From the NCBI GenBank assembly GCA_965222375.1, contig CBDCTZ010000008.1, forward strand, positions 352,001 through 416,000: a stretch of 64,000 bases of DNA. Reading direction: 5' to 3'. The stretch's first letter is position 1. Each line of letters opens with the position of its first letter. Below the pieces are notes generated by a model. That model ran no database searches. It was not told the DNA's origin and saw only the letters and a program-made list of their open reading frames with translations. This DNA is from Polyangiaceae bacterium. GTDB taxonomy: Bacteria; Myxococcota_A; Polyangia; Polyangiales; Polyangiaceae. The translations under genes were made by a program, and so were the position numbers. Shown here in pieces: positions 58,503-64,000 of this stretch.

Positions 58503-60059
58503 ATGTCGAGCGCCCAGCGTATTGGGACCCCCTTGCCTGTGGGGGCCAGCATCCACCCAGGAACCCTCCGCGCAGAGCTCGAGGAGTCACGTGCCCAGAA
58601 CCGCACGAAGACGCTGCGCGAAGCCGTAGCCGTCATCGTACCGCTCGCCGTAGAAATCGCTGAGCTACACGACGACGGAAAACTCGTCTACGTGCATCCC
58701 TCGAGCGTCGTTCGACGCGAAGACGGCGCTTACCACGTGTCACCCGAGCTCGCGATGACGCCCCCTGTCCTGCCACGGGACAAGGCATGCATGGCGCCAG
58801 AGGAGCGGGCTGGTCGGCCAGGTAACGCACGGGCCAGCGTCTACGCGCTGGGTTGCATGCTCTACGAACTGGTGACCAATCAGCACGTTGGGCCTGGCAT
58901 GCAACGCCCCACAGAAATCGTGCCGGGCTTGCCCCACGACTTCGAGGTGGTGCTGAGCAAGGCACTCGTGGGGGATCCGGAGCACCGCCCCGACGATCTG
59001 CGAGCGCTGGCCCAGGCGATCCACCATTTGGCACCCGGCGACACGCTCGCACCGCCACCCGCGGATGAATCCCACTTAGATCATCAGGGCGATTTTGCCG
59101 TGGACGTCAGCATGTCCATGTTGCCGCCAGAACCATCCAACCCCTTAGCTGCAGCGGCGCTCTCCTCGCCTTACGGGACCGCTGTTTCCGATGCGCAACC
59201 CAGTTCCCAACGCTCGGATTCGACATCGGAGCTGGCCGCCCTGAAAGCGCGGCTGGAGCGGGACAAGCGGCCGCGTTACGTCGTGATCAAGGAGGGCATG
59301 GATCACGGCCCCTTCAGCGCCGTCGAGCTACTGCAACAGATCGCGAGTCACACCTTCGAGGATGATGATGTCCTGCGCGACGCTTTTAGCAAAGACGAGC
59401 GCGCGATCAAGGACTGGGAAGAATTCGCTCCTTTCGCAGAGCATGCTCGACTCCATCGCGACATCAAAGCCGAAAAGGAAGCCATCGAACGAGTGGTCGT
59501 CGAGGAGCGCAAGAGCACGACCAGCAAGGCACTGATCGGAACCGCGATCGTCGGCGCCCTTGTCGCCGCTGCCGCTGTTTGGTTTTTGACCCAGCGCGGG
59601 TCCAAAGACGACAGCATCGCGGTCCACGGTGAGACCGTAACGAACATCGAGACGGAAGCAGGGCTGAAGGTCAAGAAGAAGAAGCGTCGCGGAGGTAGGG
59701 GCGGGGTCGTTGGATCCAGCAACGGGATCCCAATCCTGGCCGGCGGCACCAGTTGCGAAGGCGCCGTCGCGGCGTACAACGAGGAAATCAGCATTGGCGG
59801 CGCACGGGGGCCTGCAGACCTCACCGCCGGACAGTACGGCTCCGTGCTCAACACGGGGTCCTACTTCGGCCACTGCGGTGTACCCGGCGACATGGAGGTC
59901 TACATCTGCGCCGCTGTTCAGAATGGTCGGGCGGTCGGGGTGTCTGTGCGCACGAAACCAAAGAATGCGGGAATCGCTTCCTGCGTGGCTGGAGGTGTGC
60001 GGGGGTTGTCCTTTCCCAGCCACCCGAAGCTGGACGTCACGCGTACCGCTTTCAAGTGA
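58503..60059 (+). CDS. Pseudokinase - GYF-like - TM - AgmX/TonB-C-like protein
   Basis: Kinase C-lobe (CMAPEE, SVYALGCMLYELVT, KAL...PEHRP) without VAIK, HRD or DFG; YVVIKEGMDHGPFS; TM segment; C-terminal CVAGGVRGLSFP. Confidence 0.75.
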   Translation: MSSAQRIGTPLPVGASIHPGTLRAELEESRAQNRTKTLREAVAVIVPLAVEIAELHDDGKLVYVHPSSVVRREDGAYHVSPELAMTPPVLPRDKACMAPEERAGRPGNARASVYALGCMLYELVTNQHVGPGMQRPTEIVPGLPHDFEVVLSKALVGDPEHRPDDLRALAQAIHHLAPGDTLAPPPADESHLDHQGDFAVDVSMSMLPPEPSNPLAAAALSSPYGTAVSDAQPSSQRSDSTSELAALKARLERDKRPRYVVIKEGMDHGPFSAVELLQQIASHTFEDDDVLRDAFSKDERAIKDWEEFAPFAEHARLHRDIKAEKEAIERVVVEERKSTTSKALIGTAIVGALVAAAAVWFLTQRGSKDDSIAVHGETVTNIETEAGLKVKKKKRRGGRGGVVGSSNGIPILAGGTSCEGAVAAYNEEISIGGARGPADLTAGQYGSVLNTGSYFGHCGVPGDMEVYICAAVQNGRAVGVSVRTKPKNAGIASCVAGGVRGLSFPSHPKLDVTRTAFK

Positions 60060-60068
60060 GCTGAAGCA

Positions 60069-60857
60069 ATGTCGAAACAGTGGGCGTGGCTGATTGCGTT
60101 GGCCTGCGCAGGGTGTGCGGTGCCGATCAGCAACGGCATGGAGGAGAGTGACGCCAACCGCGTGGTCGTAGCTCTCGAGAAGAGCGGAATCGGGTCGGAC
60201 AAGGAAGCGGACCCCGCAGCCGAAGGCAGGTTCCGGGTGTTGGTCGCTCGAGACGACGCTTCCGCGGCCGTGAGCGTGCTGACGCAGGAGGGGCTCCCGC
60301 CACCCGAATCCCCCGGTGTCCTCGACAGCCTCGGCGAAGGTTCGCTGGTCCCGAGCAGAACCGCGGAGCACGCCAAGTTGGTTCAAGGGACGGCGGGCGA
60401 GCTCGAACGATCTCTACGCGCGGTCGACGGTGTAATCTCCGCCCGGGTTCACCTGGCGGTCCCGGCCAAAGGACCGTTGGGAGACCAAGAACCGACGGCC
60501 CCCACGGCGAGTGTGCTGGTGCGCCACCGCGGCGCGACTCCACCGATTGCACCCGGAGACGTGCAGCGCCTGGTGGCCGGCGCCGTCGCCGGCCTTGAAC
60601 CAAAACAGGTCAGCATCGTGCTGACCCCATCCCCTGCCCCGGGTCGCCCAGCAGAGCGAGAGCTAGCCCGATTCGGTCCCGTCACGGTGACTCGCTCGAG
60701 CCTGTTTTCGCTGCGTCTCATCGTGGGCGCGGTGGCTTTGATCAACGTGATCCTGCTCGGAGTCATCCTGAGCTTCTGGGCACGAATGCGGCGAGCCCAC
60801 GGTGACATCGAAGCACTGCGTCTTGCATCCGAGGGTAGCGGCCGAGACGCGACGTGA
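60069..60857 (+). CDS. sctJ: SctJ/YscJ/HrcJ-family type III secretion inner-membrane ring lipoprotein
   Basis: Lipobox CAGC; GMEESDANRVVVALEKSGI, EGLP, SLVPSRTAEHAK, ELERSLRAVDGVISARVHLAVP, PTASVLV, LVAGAVAGLEPKQVSIV; C-terminal TM segment. Confidence 0.9.
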   Translation: MSKQWAWLIALACAGCAVPISNGMEESDANRVVVALEKSGIGSDKEADPAAEGRFRVLVARDDASAAVSVLTQEGLPPPESPGVLDSLGEGSLVPSRTAEHAKLVQGTAGELERSLRAVDGVISARVHLAVPAKGPLGDQEPTAPTASVLVRHRGATPPIAPGDVQRLVAGAVAGLEPKQVSIVLTPSPAPGRPAERELARFGPVTVTRSSLFSLRLIVGAVALINVILLGVILSFWARMRRAHGDIEALRLASEGSGRDAT

Positions 60858-61588
60858 TCGAGCTGAAAAGCATCGAAAAGAGCTTTCAGCGGCCGGTGCT
60901 GCGTGATGTCACTCTGCGCGTGCCGCCAGGAACCCTTTGCGGACTGATCGGCCCCGGCGCCTCCGGCAAAAGCGTTCTGCTGAAGATAATCACCGGTCTG
61001 ATCCGTCCGGAAGCGGGCAGCGTGCACATCGACGGACGCAACGTGCTGTCTATGACCGACCTGGAACTCCAGGAGTTTAGAAAACGCATCGGAATGCTGT
61101 TCCAGAACAACGCGCTCTTCGACTTCATGACTGTGGCAGAGAACATCGCGTTTCCACTCCGGCGCCTGTTCGATCTTCCGGAAGACGAAATCCGGGACCG
61201 AGTGGCCGAGCGTCTGGCCTGTGTTTCCCTGCCCGGTTTCGAAGACCGCATGCCGGCGGGCCTCTCGGGTGGGCAGAAAAAGCGGGTGGGCGTCGCGCGC
61301 GCCACTGTAATCCAAGCGCCCATCGTGCTCTACGACGAACCTGCCGCGGGCTTGGACCCCGTTACGAGTCAGAAAATTTTCGATCTGCTGCGCGCCGAGC
61401 AGCAATCCACGGGCGCGACGGTATTGATGGTCTCCAGTGACCTGGCTCGCATGCTCACGGTCACCGACCGAGTTGGCATGATGTACAAGGGCCGCCTGAT
61501 CTTCGACGGCACGACGGAAGAGGCCTACGCCAGTGACGACCCCTACGTGCACCAGTTCGTTCATGGCAATCCCGATGGGCCGCTATGA
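60854..61588 (+). CDS. mlaF: MlaF/Mkl-family ABC ATPase
   Basis: GPGASGKS, GMLFQNNALFDFMTV, LSGGQKKRVGVARA, YDEPAAGLDPVTS, QFVHGNPDGP. Confidence 0.9.
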   Translation: MIELKSIEKSFQRPVLRDVTLRVPPGTLCGLIGPGASGKSVLLKIITGLIRPEAGSVHIDGRNVLSMTDLELQEFRKRIGMLFQNNALFDFMTVAENIAFPLRRLFDLPEDEIRDRVAERLACVSLPGFEDRMPAGLSGGQKKRVGVARATVIQAPIVLYDEPAAGLDPVTSQKIFDLLRAEQQSTGATVLMVSSDLARMLTVTDRVGMMYKGRLIFDGTTEEAYASDDPYVHQFVHGNPDGPL

Positions 61589-61638
61589 TCGTCGTACTTG
61601 CCGGCAGCGGCAGGTGAGTACATGCTCGCCCCGCTGAA

Positions 61639-62436
61639 TTGAGCACTTCGTCCACCTCCTCCTCGATGACGCCCTTCGCCGCGCTCGGCGGCTTCTTCCT
61701 GTCCATGGCGGAAATCGTCGGAGGCATGGGCGTGATGCTCGGCCGCATCACCACTCGACTGGTGCGGCTGAACTTCGATGCATCCGAACTGCTCCGCAAC
61801 CTCTACAAAATGGGTGTAAAGTCTCTGCCCATCGTCGTGGTAACGGCACTGTTTACTGGCGGAATCATGGTGATTCAGGCGGCGCCCATCGTTCAGCGCT
61901 ACGGCGCCCAGGGCCTGTTGGGCTGGGGCGCTGGATTCGGGACCCTGCGAGAGATCGGTCCGCTCCTCACTGCTCTCATGATTTCTGGCCGCGTAGGAGC
62001 CAACAACACCGCCGAACTCGGCACCATGGTCGTCACCGAGCAGATTGATGCGCTCCGGGCGCTGGCCATCGATCCGATCAGCTTTCTGATCGTGCCCCGC
62101 TTCATCGGCATCGTGACCACGTTGTTTCTGTCCACCGTGTTCGCGGACGTGCTGGCACTATTTGGCGCCGCCTATGCCGGCTACGGGATCCTCGGCGTCG
62201 AGCCAGGTGTGTTCTACAATGGGCTCACCAGCGGTCTGCTGGGGCTGGGGGATGTCTTTCATGGGTTGATCAAGAGCGTCATTTTCGGCGCCATCATCGC
62301 CTTGGCCAGCTGCCAATTCGGAGTCGCCACGACTGGCGGCGCACCGGGTGTTGGCCGAGCCGTAAACGCCACCGTGGTCGTGAGCGCCGCTGGCATCTTC
62401 GTGCTCGACTACTTGGTCAGCTTTGCCCTCGGATGA
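61639..62436 (+). CDS. mlaE: MlaE-family ABC permease
   Basis: REIGPLLTALMISGRVGA, AELGTMVVTEQIDALRALAIDP, GGAPGVGRA. Start uncertain. Confidence 0.92.
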   Translation: MSTSSTSSSMTPFAALGGFFLSMAEIVGGMGVMLGRITTRLVRLNFDASELLRNLYKMGVKSLPIVVVTALFTGGIMVIQAAPIVQRYGAQGLLGWGAGFGTLREIGPLLTALMISGRVGANNTAELGTMVVTEQIDALRALAIDPISFLIVPRFIGIVTTLFLSTVFADVLALFGAAYAGYGILGVEPGVFYNGLTSGLLGLGDVFHGLIKSVIFGAIIALASCQFGVATTGGAPGVGRAVNATVVVSAAGIFVLDYLVSFALG

Positions 62437-62440
62437 GTTC

Positions 62441-63289
62441 ATGACGACGCCGGCAAACGCACCCAACACCAGCGTCGGAACCATCGACGAGGACGCCATC
62501 GTTCGCGAGGCGACGGGGGTCGCTGCCCTCGGCGCCGGAGCACTGGAGTTCGTCGTTGCCGGCAGGATGCTGTATTCCGTGCTCGTAAAAACGCTCTACT
62601 ACTCGGTGCGCGGCGTACGCCGGCCAGGCGCCATAGCGCAGCAGATGTACGAGGTCGGCAATCGTTCGCTGGTCTTTCTGTGCGTGGTGATGGGGTTCAT
62701 CGGCATGATTCTGGTGTACCAGGGCGGAATCCAAACCAAACGCGTCGTTCCGGATCTGTCTCTGCTAGGCGCCACGTTCCTCGAGGTCCTGGTGCGGGAC
62801 CTGGCGGCCAGCATCGGCGCCCTGATGCTGGCAACCCGAGTCGGCGCCGGCATCGCTGCTGAGATCGGCTCCATGGTCGTCACCGAACAAGTGGATGCCC
62901 TGCGCATGTGCGCGGCAGATCCCGTGGACTATCTGATCAAGCCCCGCTTCATGGCGAGCATCATCATGACGACCGTGCTGATCGTGCTCGCTGGTGGCGT
63001 GGCCTTCAGCACCGGCATGTGGACCGGCTGGGCCTTCTTCGACATCAATCCGCGTACGTTCATGAACATGAGCATGGTTGACGCCGGAGATTTGACCGTC
63101 GGGTTGACGAAGTGCCTAGCCTACGGTGCCGCGATCCCAGTCGTCAGTGGCTACTGCGGCCTCACGACCTTCGGTGGCAGCGAGGGTGTGGGCTGGGCAA
63201 CGACCCGAGCTGTGGTTAACTCCTCACTCGCGGTCATCATCCTGAACTTCTTCATCAGCGGCGCGGGTTTCCTCGTCTTCGGCGGATAG
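62441..63289 (+). CDS. mlaE: MlaE-family ABC permease (second copy)
   Basis: RVGAGIAAEIGSMVVTEQVDALRM, GGSEGVGWATTRAVV. Confidence 0.92.
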   Translation: MTTPANAPNTSVGTIDEDAIVREATGVAALGAGALEFVVAGRMLYSVLVKTLYYSVRGVRRPGAIAQQMYEVGNRSLVFLCVVMGFIGMILVYQGGIQTKRVVPDLSLLGATFLEVLVRDLAASIGALMLATRVGAGIAAEIGSMVVTEQVDALRMCAADPVDYLIKPRFMASIIMTTVLIVLAGGVAFSTGMWTGWAFFDINPRTFMNMSMVDAGDLTVGLTKCLAYGAAIPVVSGYCGLTTFGGSEGVGWATTRAVVNSSLAVIILNFFISGAGFLVFGG

Positions 63290-63347
63290 CCCGTAGCTTG
63301 GGTGCGCTTGGCGTCGGCCGTCGCCAAGCGCAGAGCGTGTCCGCGGC

Positions 63348-64000
63348 TCAGCGCCAGATGAATCCCGGCTTCCGCTTCTTCTTCTTGTCCTTGACCGGCT
63401 TGGGTGGTGGCTTGGAGCACCAAGAGTAGCAGCACTCACCAAAACCCCTGGCGCGCCTGTTTTGGGTGACGGCAGGATCGAAGAGGGAGGCCTTCGGGAC
63501 CTGAAAGGCCATTGCCTCGGCTGGCTGGACCGCGCGCGGGCAACGGTCGAAAGGGCGCCCGCTTGGCTGGGACGTGCCCGCCTCGGGCACATCGAAGCAG
63601 TAAGTTTCGCGCATGTTCACATCGGTGCCGCAGCCGCCGTTGGGCAGAGCGTCGGCGGGATCGGCGATCTTGAGGGCGCTACACCAAGAGTAGCAGCAGC
63701 TGTGCCCCGGAGGCATCCGGCGGCGGGTGTGTGCCGTGAAATCCGCATCAAACAAAGCGATGCGAGGCACTGGCCCGTGGGCGCCAGCATGGGAGTCGAT
63801 GCTCGAAGGGCACGCCGCGAAAGGGGCCGGCGCGGGCAAGGTGTTTTCCCGGGGTAGCAGTTCCTCGCAGTGGTACTCCCGCACCTGATCCACAGCACAC
63901 ACCGACGGGCTATTCGACAGGGAGCCGGACTGGCCTGGGGATTGGGCCGGTACTTCTTGGCTCGCGCAGTCGGCGAGAGCCAGCAGGCTGAAGAGAAACA
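63348..64000 (-). CDS. Cys-rich lipoprotein with two internal repeats (5' end beyond the right edge)
   Basis: The frame stays open to the edge (FLFSLLALADCASQ...); two copies of RE..C...PF..CP...LFD...CCYSWC. Confidence 0.75.
   Translation of the reverse strand, partial: FLFSLLALADCASQEVPAQSPGQSGSLSNSPSVCAVDQVREYHCEELLPRENTLPAPAPFAACPSSIDSHAGAHGPVPRIALFDADFTAHTRRRMPPGHSCCYSWCSALKIADPADALPNGGCGTDVNMRETYCFDVPEAGTSQPSGRPFDRCPRAVQPAEAMAFQVPKASLFDPAVTQNRRARGFGECCYSWCSKPPPKPVKDKKKKRKPGFIWR

Noticed and set aside
1..64000. tRNA/rRNA genes, IS elements, integrases, prophage or defence genes
   Set aside because: None recognised. Intergenic gaps are short with no cloverleaf signature, and composition looks uniform by eye.

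Overview
High-GC (roughly 65%, by eye), gene-dense chromosomal window. The gene content suggests a myxobacterium (Myxococcota, probably Polyangiales-like); this is inferred from a MYXO-CTERM motif, Gly/Cys-rich lipoproteins, an FHA-sigma54 activator, a Ser/Thr kinase with TPR genes, and a TIGR04552-like gene. Housekeeping genes: dnaE (cut by the left edge), yicC, gmk, mtnP, a PfkB kinase, a polyprenyl synthase, a DEAD-box helicase, ccmC/ccmD, an acyl-CoA dehydrogenase, tatBC, rlmH, rsfS, proA, ldcA and mlaF/mlaE/mlaE. Many uncharacterised envelope genes lie between them. I saw no rRNA, tRNA, CRISPR array, IS or prophage. The leading candidates for a new system are: (1) an orphan type III secretion ring lipoprotein (SctJ/YscJ), preceded by a pseudokinase-GYF-TM-TonB-C-like gene and overlapping the start of an MlaF-MlaE-MlaE transporter that has no MlaD; (2) a ~1400-aa BPI/LBP-like lipoprotein with an internal MYXO-CTERM, a second lipobox and a beta-propeller; (3) a stand-alone RelA/SpoT-synthetase-like gene heading the yicC-gmk run; (4) a DUF3570/DUF4266 operon with a CX13CH cytochrome-like lipoprotein in place of ApbE/thioredoxin. 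All family calls come from recognising motifs by eye; no database searches were run.
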